Positions 19,421-27,982 of a stretch of 64,000 nucleotides of DNA are shown piece by piece. The translations under genes and the position numbers were made by a program. The stretch covers positions 264,291 to 328,290 of the forward strand of contig CAVSMY010000010.1 in NCBI GenBank assembly GCA_963729175.1, read 5' to 3'. How positions within the stretch are numbered: position 1 is the stretch's first letter; every line of letters starts with the position of its first letter. This DNA is from an uncultured Chloroflexia bacterium. Its GTDB lineage: Bacteria; Chloroflexota; Limnocylindria; Limnocylindrales; CSP1-4. The notes beneath the pieces were generated by a model, which had not been told where the DNA came from, ran no database searches, and worked only from the letters and a program-made list of their open reading frames with translations.

Positions 19421-21125
19421 CGGCGCGCGTCGGTCGATCCGTCGTCCCGAGCGATCGGCGGACGGGGATCAGCCAGATGAGGCCGACGATCGACTGCCCG
19501 AGGATGGCGAGGATGACGAGGAAGCCCGGGATCGAGACGACGAACAACGGCACGAGCCACTCGCGGCCGCCGTCGAGCATGCCGAGCGCCTGAAGACCGA
19601 CGCCCGTCGAGTCGCTGATCGGCTCGAGGGTGTCTCCGCCGGCCAGGCCGATCGCCGGCTGATCGCCGCCGCCCGTCCCGCCTGGGCCCGATCCACCGCT
19701 GCCGGATCCGCCGGGCGTCGACCCGACGATGCCGCCGCCGGATGGCGGGAGCGAGGCGCCGTCGGAGGATGAGGGCGATGGGGAAGGCTCGAGCGACGCC
19801 GAGGCCGAGGCGCCGGGGCTCGCTGAGACCCCGGGCGATGGCGAGGCACTCGGGAGGCCCGCGCCCGCGCTGGCCGACGGGGTCGGCGATGCCGTGGACG
19901 GCAAGCTCGGCGACGGCAGCAGCGAAGTCCCGGGCGAGGACCTCGCCGGCAGCGACGCCGCCGGGCTCGACGAAGGGCTGGGCGCTGGCGTGCGACTCGG
20001 CAGTGGGCTCGGCGACGGCGCCCGCGACGGGAGCGGCGACGCCGCGACGCTGGGCAGCGGCGAGACGCTGGGCCGCGGCGACACGCTCGGCAACGGCGAC
20101 CCGACATCGTGGCCGTTCGTGTCGTTGAGCAGGCGGAAGTTGTCGATGTCGAGCAGGGCGAGGCAGGCCGTCGGAGCCAGGTCCGCGGCCGGCGGTCCCG
20201 TCGGCGCATCGAGCCCCGGGGTGTCGCGACGGCGCTCCTCGGAGAGCGTCTCGAGCTCGGTCGCGAGCAGGCCGATGGCGGTCCCGTGGGTGTACAGGCC
20301 GGTCAGGGCATCGCGCCTCTCGGCCTCGATGAGCTGGGCGGTCTGGCGGAGGAGCCGGACGTGGGCGGCCCGGAAGATCCAGACGAGCAGCAGGGCAAGA
20401 AACCCCGCCGCGCCGACAGTGACGAGGAGGATGTCGCGACGGGTCTCCTCGAGGCGGGCGAGGATCGGCGCGGCCGGCCGCTCGACGATCACGACGCCGT
20501 CGACGCCACCACCCGGGGTCGTGAGCGGGAAATACTCGACCAGCGTCGTCGCACTCGGGCCGGCCGATCCGGTCGGTTCCGCGGGTGGCGTTCCGCCGTC
20601 CGACTCCGACGACCGGATCTCCGAGCCGACCTGGCCGGCGGCAGCGGTCGACCAGGGCGCGGATGCGCCGACCGACACGCCGTCGAGCGCGGCGTCTGTC
20701 GAGACGACGACCGTGCCGTCGGGCGCGACGACGGCGAGCGTCTGGACGTCATCGCGAGAGGCGATGTCGGCCAGTCGGGCGCGGAGCGCCCCGCGTCGTT
20801 CGGGCGTGACCGCCGACGGGTCGAGGTCGGTCGTGCGGAGCTCGGGCAGGACGATCAGTCGAACGAGGCTCCGATCGCGCCCGGCTGCGGCATCGAGCGC
20901 GGTGGCCGAGAAGTGGACCGTGATGAGGACCGCCTGCGCAGCCGTCGTCACGCCGAGCAGCGCGAGGAACACCCCGAACACGAGCGCAAGGAGGTGCGGC
21001 CGGCGACGTCGCTCGGTCGGCGACCCCGTCGGCGCCGGCCTCCGCGCCATCTGGCTCGGCAGCTGGATGAGCGTCAACGGCGAAGCCTCGGCGGATGGAC
21101 CCGATGTGGCCGCTACCGTCGCCAC
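19398..21125 (-). CDS. Membrane-anchored sensor protein with a truncated GGDEF domain joined to a Pro/Ser-rich repeat region and a C-terminal TM helix (probably non-catalytic or remodelled)
   Basis: TM1, ~200-aa extracytoplasmic region, TM2, then GGDEF N-terminal blocks (RDALTGLYTHGT...ACLALLDIDNFRLLNDTNGHDVG). The domain ends there. Next comes ~190 aa of SPLPSVSPRPS...-type imperfect tandem repeats, then a TM helix. No GG(D/E)EF motif in any frame. Confidence 0.6.
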   Translation of the reverse strand: MATVAATSGPSAEASPLTLIQLPSQMARRPAPTGSPTERRRRPHLLALVFGVFLALLGVTTAAQAVLITVHFSATALDAAAGRDRSLVRLIVLPELRTTDLDPSAVTPERRGALRARLADIASRDDVQTLAVVAPDGTVVVSTDAALDGVSVGASAPWSTAAAGQVGSEIRSSESDGGTPPAEPTGSAGPSATTLVEYFPLTTPGGGVDGVVIVERPAAPILARLEETRRDILLVTVGAAGFLALLLVWIFRAAHVRLLRQTAQLIEAERRDALTGLYTHGTAIGLLATELETLSEERRRDTPGLDAPTGPPAADLAPTACLALLDIDNFRLLNDTNGHDVGSPLPSVSPRPSVSPLPSVAASPLPSRAPSPSPLPSRTPAPSPSSSPAASLPARSSPGTSLLPSPSLPSTASPTPSASAGAGLPSASPSPGVSASPGASASASLEPSPSPSSSDGASLPPSGGGIVGSTPGGSGSGGSGPGGTGGGDQPAIGLAGGDTLEPISDSTGVGLQALGMLDGGREWLVPLFVVSIPGFLVILAILGQSIVGLIWLIPVRRSLGTTDRPTRAVSRERRP

Positions 21126-21189
21126 AGACCCGCCGCTGGTGCATCCCCCGAACGTACCGTTGCCGAGAGGTCGCGGTGACGCGCGTCAC

Positions 21190-21450
21190 CGCCCGGTCGT
21201 CACCACCCCGACTCACTGCGGCGAGTCGCCCCGACGTCACTGCAGCGAGTCGCCCAGACGTCATTGCCGCGAGTCGCCCAGCGAGTGAACCGACGCCCGA
21301 CCGATCCCCACGGATGCCCGCTCGACGGTTCCTTCGACGTTCGAGTCGTCCAGCGGCTCAGACGGCCGCCGGGCGGCTGTCTGCTGGGGCTCCGTCGTCT
21401 GTTGAGTCGCCTGGCGACTGACCGCACAAGACTGCGGTGCCGCGGCGACT
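21190..21450. repeat. Repeat block: three tandem copies of a 24-bp unit (CACTGCRGCGAGTCGCCCMGACGT, 21222-21293), the 25-mer GAGTCGCCCAGCGAGTGAACCGACG, and further gagtcg(c/t)ccag units
   Basis: Near-identical to the 25-mer at 19153. These repeats bracket the GGDEF-like gene. Confidence 0.6.
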
Positions 21451-21550
21451 GATCGCCGAACGACGTCGCCGCCGATGCCCACACCCCGCCGCGGCATCGC
21501 CGGGCGCACCGAACGACGCCGCGCGGCCGGGCCCGACAGCGGCCCGGGTG

Positions 21551-22114
21551 TCAGCCGAACCGGAACCGGGTGACGTCGGTCGGGAAGGCCGTCCAGGCGA
21601 ACGCGACGCGGGGCCGGATCGCGATCGGACCGGGACCGGTGTACAGCTCCGGCGTCACGCCGTACTGCGGGTACTTCTCGTTCGAGAGCGCCGCGAGCCG
21701 GACCGCCGTATCGAGCGACACGCCCTCATCGAGCGACTCGGCGACCCCCTCGAGGATCACGACATCCATCCCATCGTCGAGATGGACCGCGACCTCGGGG
21801 TTGTCGAGCAGATCACGGACCCAGCGGGTCTCCGGGCTGCCGCCGACATACAGGACGCCGTCATGCCACAGCCCGTCGACCGGCCGGACGCGCGGCCGCC
21901 CACCGGGTCCCGAGGTCGCGATCCAGTAGACACGGGCGGCCGCGAGCCGGCCCTCGACATGGCTCCAGGGCAGGAGGTCGGCGGTCGACGCCGGGACGCC
22001 GTATTCGGAAGGCACGACGGGCCGGTCGATGGACCGTGGACGGGCTGGCGGGTCGGACCCGCGGGGCAGGGTCGGGGCAGTCTCGATCATCAGCAAAGCA
22101 TCGCGCGGTTTCAT
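21551..22114 (-). CDS. Pyridoxamine 5'-phosphate oxidase family protein (FMN-binding split barrel)
   Basis: ...ARVYWIATSGPGGRPRVRPVDGLWHDGVLYVGGSPETRWVRDLLDNPEVAVHLDD..., a PNPOx-like fold signature. Confidence 0.7.
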   Translation of the reverse strand: MKPRDALLMIETAPTLPRGSDPPARPRSIDRPVVPSEYGVPASTADLLPWSHVEGRLAAARVYWIATSGPGGRPRVRPVDGLWHDGVLYVGGSPETRWVRDLLDNPEVAVHLDDGMDVVILEGVAESLDEGVSLDTAVRLAALSNEKYPQYGVTPELYTGPGPIAIRPRVAFAWTAFPTDVTRFRFG

Positions 22115-22132
22115 GACACCTCATGTCAGGAA
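22110..22132. promoter_or_regulatory. Imperfect palindrome TTCATGACA-cct-CATGTCAGGAA overlapping the RBS and start codon of the PNPOx-like gene
   Basis: TGACA/TGTCA arms. Related sites at 27940-27959, 29216-29229 and 30518-30530. Confidence 0.35.
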
Positions 22133-22219
22133 CCGCCGGCCATCAGCCGGCGGCGCGTCGCATCTGCGCCCGCCCACGGTGAGTCGCCAGGCCGCCCGCC
22201 CGCGGTGGGTCGCCGAGCG

Positions 22220-23470
22220 TCAGCCGCGCCCGAGCGCCGCCTCCCGTGCAGCAGCGAACCCGCGGATGCCCTGCTCGACCATCGCGTCCGACGCCGTGAG
22301 GCTGATCCGGAACCAGCCCGGGACCTCGACCACGCTGCCGGCGAGGACGAGCACATCGTGCTCGCTGAGGATCGCCGCGAACGCCTGGTCGTCGTCGATC
22401 GGCGCCTTGGCCATGACGTAGAAGGTGCCCTCGGGCATCGTCGGCGCATAGCCGAGTGTGGTCAGCGCGGGCACGAGCCGGTCGCGTCGCCGCTCGAGCG
22501 CCCCGATGTCGATCGACAGCGCCTCGAGCTCCTCGATCGAGTGCTGCAGGAGGGCGTTCGGGAAGGCATAGCCGGTCGCGACCTGGCTCAGGGTGATGAC
22601 CTGCCGCAGCTGCTCGCGCTCGGCCAGAGGGAGTGTCGGTGGCCAGGTGATGTAGCCGATCCGCTGCCCCGGGGTCAGGAGCGTCTTGCCGTACGAGTAG
22701 GTGATGATCGTGTGGGGATACGCCTCGGCCGGGCTGTGGAAGACGCGGCCGTCGTAGACGATCCGGTTGTACGGCTCGTCGGACACGATCCAGATCGGCG
22801 CCCCGTTGCGCTCCGATGCCCGCAGAAGCATCTCCCCGAGGGCCGTCCACGTCTCGAGCGGGTAGACCCGGCCGCTCGGGTTGTGGGGGCTATTGATGAT
22901 GATCGCCCGGGTCCGCGGCGTGATCGCCGCCTCGATCGCCGCGGGGTCGATCTCGAACGTCGGAGCCTCGAGCTTCACCCGGACCGGGACACCGTCCGCG
23001 GCGACGATCAGCAGCTCGTAGAAGAACCACGGTGGCGACAGGAAGATGACCTCGTCGCCCGGCTCGACCAGCGCCCGGATCGTGACCGCCAGGGCGCCGA
23101 AGCCGCCGTTCGTCATCTGGACGTCGGCCGGGTCCCACTCGAGCCCGGTCCGCGGCGTGAGCGACCGGGCCACGACCGCCTGCGAGTTCGGCTCGCTCAT
23201 CTTGTAGGCGTACCAGTCCTTGTCGCGTGGCTCGACGTGGTCCCGCAGGGCCGAGACGTACCCCGGCAGGGCGAGCTCCTGGGGATTGCCGACGGCGAAG
23301 TTCGCGACCGCAGGGTCGGTCATGCGGCGACCGATCGGTCCGCTGATGAAGGAGATCGGGAGCTCGATCGTCGACCACCAGCGCTGGAGGCGGGCCGGCG
23401 GGACGAAGGCGGGTCCGGTGGACGAGGCGGGGCCGGGCATGGTGGTCGTCATCGGGGCGTGGATCTCCAT
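22220..23470 (-). CDS. PLP-dependent aminotransferase, class I/II
   Basis: SPHNPSGRVY and YSYGKTLL (PLP lysine region) motifs. Start at ATG 23470 (MEIHAPM) or 23452. Confidence 0.85.
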   Translation of the reverse strand: MEIHAPMTTTMPGPASSTGPAFVPPARLQRWWSTIELPISFISGPIGRRMTDPAVANFAVGNPQELALPGYVSALRDHVEPRDKDWYAYKMSEPNSQAVVARSLTPRTGLEWDPADVQMTNGGFGALAVTIRALVEPGDEVIFLSPPWFFYELLIVAADGVPVRVKLEAPTFEIDPAAIEAAITPRTRAIIINSPHNPSGRVYPLETWTALGEMLLRASERNGAPIWIVSDEPYNRIVYDGRVFHSPAEAYPHTIITYSYGKTLLTPGQRIGYITWPPTLPLAEREQLRQVITLSQVATGYAFPNALLQHSIEELEALSIDIGALERRRDRLVPALTTLGYAPTMPEGTFYVMAKAPIDDDQAFAAILSEHDVLVLAGSVVEVPGWFRISLTASDAMVEQGIRGFAAAREAALGRG

Positions 23471-23487
23471 GGATCGGGGCGACGGAT

Positions 23488-24432
23488 GTGGTCGCGATCG
23501 AGTATGCGCCGCCATGGGCACGACGTCGGCTGGCCTATCCTTCGCTCGTGCCGATCTACTCACTCGAGGACCCAGGCGAGCTCATCGCGCCGACGATCGT
23601 CGTCGCGTTCGATGGCTGGGTCGACGCCGGCTCCGCGGCCACGGCGGCGGTCGAGCAGCTGGCGAGCGGCGGTGACGACGACGGCGCGGTCGTCGCGACC
23701 TTCGACCCCGACGAGCTGTTCGACTACCGGTCCCGCCGGCCGACCCTCGAGGTCGTCGATGGCAGGCTGGCCGAGCTGACCTGGCCCGAGCTGAGCCTCA
23801 AGCGCTCCCGGATCGCCGGGCGCGACGTCCTGGTGCTGACCGGCCACGAGCCCGACTACCGCTGGCGCGCCGTCAGCCAGGCGGTCATCGAGCTGATGCA
23901 GCGCCTCGACGTCGCGGAATGGATCAGCCTCGGGGCGATCCCGGCGGCGGTCCCCCACACCCGGCCGGTGCCGGTCCTCGGGACGGCCTCGCGGCCGGAT
24001 CTCATCAAGGCCGACGTCCCGACCGGGCCGCAGGGCACCTTGCGTGTCCCGTCGGCGGCGCTCTCGGTCCTCGAGATGGCGGTGACCGAGGCCGGCTTCC
24101 CGGCCGTCGGCTACTTCGCCCAGGTCCCCCACTACGTCTCGGGTCCCTATCCCGCGGCGTCGGTCGAGCTCCTCCGAGCGGTCGGTCGCCAGCTCGGCGT
24201 CGATGCCCCGCTCGGCGTCCTCCCCGACGAGGCCCGCCAGCTCCGGACCCGGCTCGACCTCGCCGCAGCGGCGGACGAGACGACCCGCTCCTACGTCGAG
24301 CGGCTCGAGGCGATGGTCGACGAGGAACGGCTGCCCGCAGGAGACGACCTGATCGGCGAGATCGAGCGCTTCCTCCGCGATCGTGGCGTCGAAGGTCCGC
24401 CGGGCGGGCCGGGGAGCGGTCTCCCGAACTGA
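23488..24432 (+). CDS. PAC2 (proteasome assembly chaperone 2-like) family protein
   Basis: LVPIYSLEDPGELIAPTIVVAFDGWVDAGSAA... is a typical PAC2-family N-terminus. The true start may lie a few codons in. Confidence 0.7.
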   Translation: MVAIEYAPPWARRRLAYPSLVPIYSLEDPGELIAPTIVVAFDGWVDAGSAATAAVEQLASGGDDDGAVVATFDPDELFDYRSRRPTLEVVDGRLAELTWPELSLKRSRIAGRDVLVLTGHEPDYRWRAVSQAVIELMQRLDVAEWISLGAIPAAVPHTRPVPVLGTASRPDLIKADVPTGPQGTLRVPSAALSVLEMAVTEAGFPAVGYFAQVPHYVSGPYPAASVELLRAVGRQLGVDAPLGVLPDEARQLRTRLDLAAAADETTRSYVERLEAMVDEERLPAGDDLIGEIERFLRDRGVEGPPGGPGSGLPN

Positions 24433-24673
24433 GGCTCCTCGGAGCATCCGACCGGTCTGCGCGGGCGCGAGACGCAGAGACGCGTCGATGCCAGGGGCTC
24501 GGTCAAGGGGGAGAGCGTTCGGACCGCCGTGTCGCAAATGTTGCCGGCTCCGCCGCCGCCCGGCATCCCGCCGGAGGGTCGACGCGCCGCCGGTCCTCGT
24601 ATCGCTGTCCGGCGGTCCGTTTCGCTGATGAGGAGACTACGCCCGCCCTCCGGCCTTTCCCATCTGCCAACCG

Positions 24674-25594
24674 TCAGGGGGAGGGTCGGCTGGATGACGT
24701 AGCCGGAAGGTGCCGAACGGCCCATGCATCGAGGACGGCATCGGAGAGGGCGGGCCAGGCGGTCAGCGCCCACGGGCCGAACTCGCGGTCGGTCAGGCAG
24801 GCCAGCGCGAGGCCGGCATCAGGGTCGACCCACAGGAACGTGCCGGCGCCGCCGAAGTGCCCGAACGTCCGAGGCGAGTTCGCCGACCCCGTCCAGTGGG
24901 GGACCTTGGCGTCGCGGATGTCGACTCCGAGGCCCCAGTCCATCGGGTCGTACCGCCCGAAACCCGGCAGGATGCCGCGCAGCCCGGGGAACGCGACGCT
25001 GGTCATGAGCCGGACCGACGATGGTGCGAGGACCCGGGGCCGCAGCAGCTCTGCGCCGAAGCGGGCGAGCTCGCTGACCGGTCCCCACAGCCCCGCCGAC
25101 GGCCGCTCCCGGAGCTCGGTCCGCTCGATCCCGAGAGGGCGGAGCAGACGCCCGGCGAGGACCGCCGCGAACGGCTCGCCGGCCCGCTCCGCGACCAGCT
25201 CCCCGAGCATGTCGAACCCGGCGTTCGAGTAGATCCGGGTCCGCTCCGGCAGGCTGATCGGCTGGCGACCCTCGAACGGCAGGCCCGACGCGTGGGCGAG
25301 CAGATGGCGGACGGTCGCGCCGGGCGGCCCGGCCGGCTCGTCGAGGTCGATCGTCCCGGCCTCGACCTCGAGCAGGACGACCGCGGCGGTGAACGGCTTC
25401 GTCACCGAGGCCCACCGGAAGATCCGGTCGACATCGCCTCGCGAGGCCACCGGACCGTCTGGAGCGACGACGATCGCGGCGGCGTGGTCGACCTCCCAGC
25501 CGTCGATCGCCTCGAGCGCGACCGCCACGCGCGCGGCGGGGACGAGCGCGGCGGATCCGCCCGCGGCGCGCGGATCCGGGTCGGCGGATGTCAT
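24674..25594 (-). CDS. Serine hydrolase, beta-lactamase (class C-related) family
   Basis: SVTKPFTA (S-x-x-K) and YSNAGF (Y-x-N) motifs. 306 aa. ATG at 25594. Confidence 0.8.
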   Translation of the reverse strand: MTSADPDPRAAGGSAALVPAARVAVALEAIDGWEVDHAAAIVVAPDGPVASRGDVDRIFRWASVTKPFTAAVVLLEVEAGTIDLDEPAGPPGATVRHLLAHASGLPFEGRQPISLPERTRIYSNAGFDMLGELVAERAGEPFAAVLAGRLLRPLGIERTELRERPSAGLWGPVSELARFGAELLRPRVLAPSSVRLMTSVAFPGLRGILPGFGRYDPMDWGLGVDIRDAKVPHWTGSANSPRTFGHFGGAGTFLWVDPDAGLALACLTDREFGPWALTAWPALSDAVLDAWAVRHLPATSSSRPSP

Positions 25595-25648
25595 CGGGCC
25601 AAGTCTGCGACCTCCCGGGGGCGGTCCGCTTCGCGGTACGCTCGCCGC

Positions 25649-26473
25649 ATGACCGATCCAGGCGGCCCGGCCCTCCGCACCGTCGCGGCGACCCGCTACG
25701 TGACGCCGCTCCGGGAGGGCGGCTCGCTGCCCGGGTTGATCGAGGCCGATGACGACGGGCTGTACGTCCTGAAGTTCCGTGGCGCGGGCCAGGGTGTCCG
25801 GGCGCTGACCGCCGAGGTGATCGCCGGCGAGGTCGGTCGGACCCTCGGTCTCGCCGTCCCGGAGCTCGTCCTCGTCGAGCTCGATCCCGCGCTCGGGAAG
25901 GCAGAGCCCGACAGCGAGATCCGCGAGCTCATCGTCCGGTCGCCCGGGCTGAACCTCGGGCTCGACTTCCTGCCCGGTGCCCTGCCGTTCGATCCGGCGA
26001 GCGGCCCGGTCACGGACCCCGACCTGGCCGCCTCGATCGTCTGGCTCGATGCACTGCTCACGAACCCCGACCGCTCGGCGCGGAACCCGAACCTGTTGCG
26101 CTGGCACGGCCGGCTGTTCTGCATCGACCACGGCGCGGCGCTCTACATCCATCACACCTGGCGCGACCCCGAGGCTCACGCGGTCGGTCGCTTCCCGCCG
26201 ATCCGGGATCACGTCCTGCTGCCCTTCGCGAGCTCGATCCCCGAGGCCGAGGCACGGCTCGCGCCGTTGCTCGACGCCCCGACCCTCGCGGCGATCGTCG
26301 CGCTCGTCCCCGACGACTGGCTGGTCGAGGGACCGGTCGCCGACGGGTCGTCGCCCGGCGCCACGCGGGCCGCCTATCTCCACTACCTGGTGACCCGCCT
26401 CGGGGGCCCGAGGGCCTGGGTCGAGGAGGCCGAGCAGGCCCGCCTGGAGGCGATCGAACGTGCCGTCGCCTGA
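25649..26473 (+). CDS. Kinase-like protein with HipA/PI3-4K-type catalytic-loop motifs (putative Ser/Thr kinase)
   Basis: 274 aa. NPDRSARNPNLL and CIDHGAAL resemble the D-x-H-x-x-N catalytic loop and DFG-like motifs of HipA and PI3/4-kinase-fold proteins. The 3' end overlaps the next gene by 14 nt. Confidence 0.55.
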   Translation: MTDPGGPALRTVAATRYVTPLREGGSLPGLIEADDDGLYVLKFRGAGQGVRALTAEVIAGEVGRTLGLAVPELVLVELDPALGKAEPDSEIRELIVRSPGLNLGLDFLPGALPFDPASGPVTDPDLAASIVWLDALLTNPDRSARNPNLLRWHGRLFCIDHGAALYIHHTWRDPEAHAVGRFPPIRDHVLLPFASSIPEAEARLAPLLDAPTLAAIVALVPDDWLVEGPVADGSSPGATRAAYLHYLVTRLGGPRAWVEEAEQARLEAIERAVA

Positions 26474-26879
26474 GCCGCGCGGCGCCACGCGGGCGCCGTT
26501 CGAGTACGCCGTCCTCCAGGTGGTGCCGGACCTCGAGCGCGATGAGCGCCTGAACGTCGGGCTCGTGCTGATGTGTCGGCCGCGCCGCTTCCTCGGGGCC
26601 CGCGTCGAGCTCGACGCGACGCGTCTCGCGGCGATCGCGCCGGGCTGCGATCCCGCGGCGATCGCGGCCCACCTCGACGTCGTCAGCCGGATCGCGGCCG
26701 GCGACCCGAGCGGTGGACCGATCGCCCGGCTCCCATACCCGGAGCGGTTCCACTGGCTCGTGGCGCCCTCGTCGACGATCGTCCAGCCCTCGGCCGTCCA
26801 CACCGGTCTGACGAGCCAGCCCGGCCGGGAGCTCGACCGCCTGTTCGGGCGCCTCGTCTCCGCCCCTCGGTCGAGCTGA
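26460..26879 (+). CDS. DUF3037 domain protein, translationally coupled to the upstream kinase-like gene
   Basis: FEYAVLQVVPDLERDERLNVGLVLMC matches DUF3037 (PF11236) from memory. GTG start inside the kinase stop region. Confidence 0.6.
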   Translation: MPSPEPRGATRAPFEYAVLQVVPDLERDERLNVGLVLMCRPRRFLGARVELDATRLAAIAPGCDPAAIAAHLDVVSRIAAGDPSGGPIARLPYPERFHWLVAPSSTIVQPSAVHTGLTSQPGRELDRLFGRLVSAPRSS

Positions 26880-26889
26880 GCCGGATCGG

Positions 26890-26913
26890 CGCTGCGATGT
26901 CGCTGCAGCGCCC
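26890..26913 (+). terminator. Hairpin (attenuator or terminator) between DUF3037 and the zinc peptidase
   Basis: GCGCTGC-gatgtcgct-GCAGCGC. Confidence 0.3.
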
Positions 26914-26994
26914 GGCCCCGGTCGTGGCGGCGCCCCGTGACATCGTCGGTGGCAAGATGACGGCGCGCGCCCGAGCGTGGGAGGAAGCCGCTCG

Positions 26995-27873
26995 ATGACA
27001 CTCGACCCGAATGCCCATCTCGATCCGAGTCAGATCCGCGACGTCCGCGGCCGCCGGATCGGCGGCGGGACGATGGCGCTGGGAGCCGGCGGGGGCGGCA
27101 TCACGCTCCTCATCATCCTCGTCTACACGCTGCTCGGTGGGAACCCCGGCGACCTGACGGACCTGACCGGGACGACGATCGGCGACCAGCCGGTCGCCAG
27201 CGGCGCGGCCTCCGAGTGCACCAGCGGTGCCCAGGGCAGCACCCGCGACGACTGCCGGATCGTCGGCTACGTGAACAGCGTCCAGGCGTATTGGGATCAC
27301 GAGTTCCAGAGCGCCGGCGAGACGTATGAACCGGCCCAGACGACCTTCTTCACCCAGGCGATCCAGACCGGCTGCGGCACCGCCAGCGCCGACAGCGGGC
27401 CGTTCTATTGCCCCGCCGACGGCTATGTCTACCTCGACCTCGGGTTCTTCGACGAGCTCCGAACCCAGTTCGGCGCGCAAGGCGGCCCGCTCGCACAGGC
27501 CTACGTGATCGCCCACGAATACGGCCATCACGTCCAGGACCTCCTCGGCATCCTGCGGCAGACCTCCGGGGGCTCGGGCGCGGGCAGCGATTCGGTCCGG
27601 ACGGAGCTCCAGGCCGACTGCTTCGCCGGGGTCTGGGTCGACCATGCCCAGGGCACCGGGTATCTCGAGCCGGTCACCCAGGCCCAGATCTCGGATGCCC
27701 TCGATGCGGCCTCCGCGGTCGGTGACGACCGGATCCAGCAGAGCGTCCAGGGCGTCGTCAACCCCGAGACATGGACCCACGGGTCGTCGGAACAGCGGCA
27801 GCGCTGGTTCCTCACCGGCTACAAGGCCGGGGACCCGAACGCCTGCGACACGTTCAACGCGACCAACCTCTGA
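26995..27873 (+). CDS. Neutral zinc metallopeptidase (YpfJ/PF04228 family)
   Basis: N-terminal TM segment. HEYGHH zinc-binding motif and a conserved QADCFAG block. GGGAGGA SD upstream. Confidence 0.85.
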   Translation: MTLDPNAHLDPSQIRDVRGRRIGGGTMALGAGGGGITLLIILVYTLLGGNPGDLTDLTGTTIGDQPVASGAASECTSGAQGSTRDDCRIVGYVNSVQAYWDHEFQSAGETYEPAQTTFFTQAIQTGCGTASADSGPFYCPADGYVYLDLGFFDELRTQFGAQGGPLAQAYVIAHEYGHHVQDLLGILRQTSGGSGAGSDSVRTELQADCFAGVWVDHAQGTGYLEPVTQAQISDALDAASAVGDDRIQQSVQGVVNPETWTHGSSEQRQRWFLTGYKAGDPNACDTFNATNL

Positions 27874-27939
27874 GCGCCCCTGCGCGCGCCGGCCCTAGAC
27901 CCGCCCGGGACGGTCCGCGTGAAGCGGCAGGCTCGCGCA

Positions 27940-27974
27940 TTCATGACAACTACTGTCAACCATCGCGCTACGAT
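27940..27974 (+). promoter_or_regulatory. Candidate operator/promoter of the WYL regulator gene
   Basis: TTCATGACA-actac-TGTCAA palindrome, then TGTCAACC-N7-TACGAT (GTC-containing upstream element plus TAnnnT), ending 9 nt before ATG 27983. Confidence 0.4.
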
Positions 27975-27982
27975 GTCACGCG

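Noticed and set aside
19078-21450. Repeat-flanked segment as an insertion sequence or transposon
   Set aside because: No transposase, integrase or recombinase ORF and no terminal inverted repeats. I report it as a repeat-rich variable locus and not as a mobile element.
21437-23779. 780-aa plus-strand ORF
   Set aside because: Spans the antisense of the PNPOx-like and aminotransferase genes and a different frame of PAC2. The translation is R/D/G low-complexity.
25595-27001. Upstream 470 codons of the 775-aa minus-strand ORF (24674..27001)
   Set aside because: Only the last 306 codons (24674-25594) encode the β-lactamase-fold protein. The rest is antisense to the kinase-like, DUF3037 and peptidase genes and is low-complexity.
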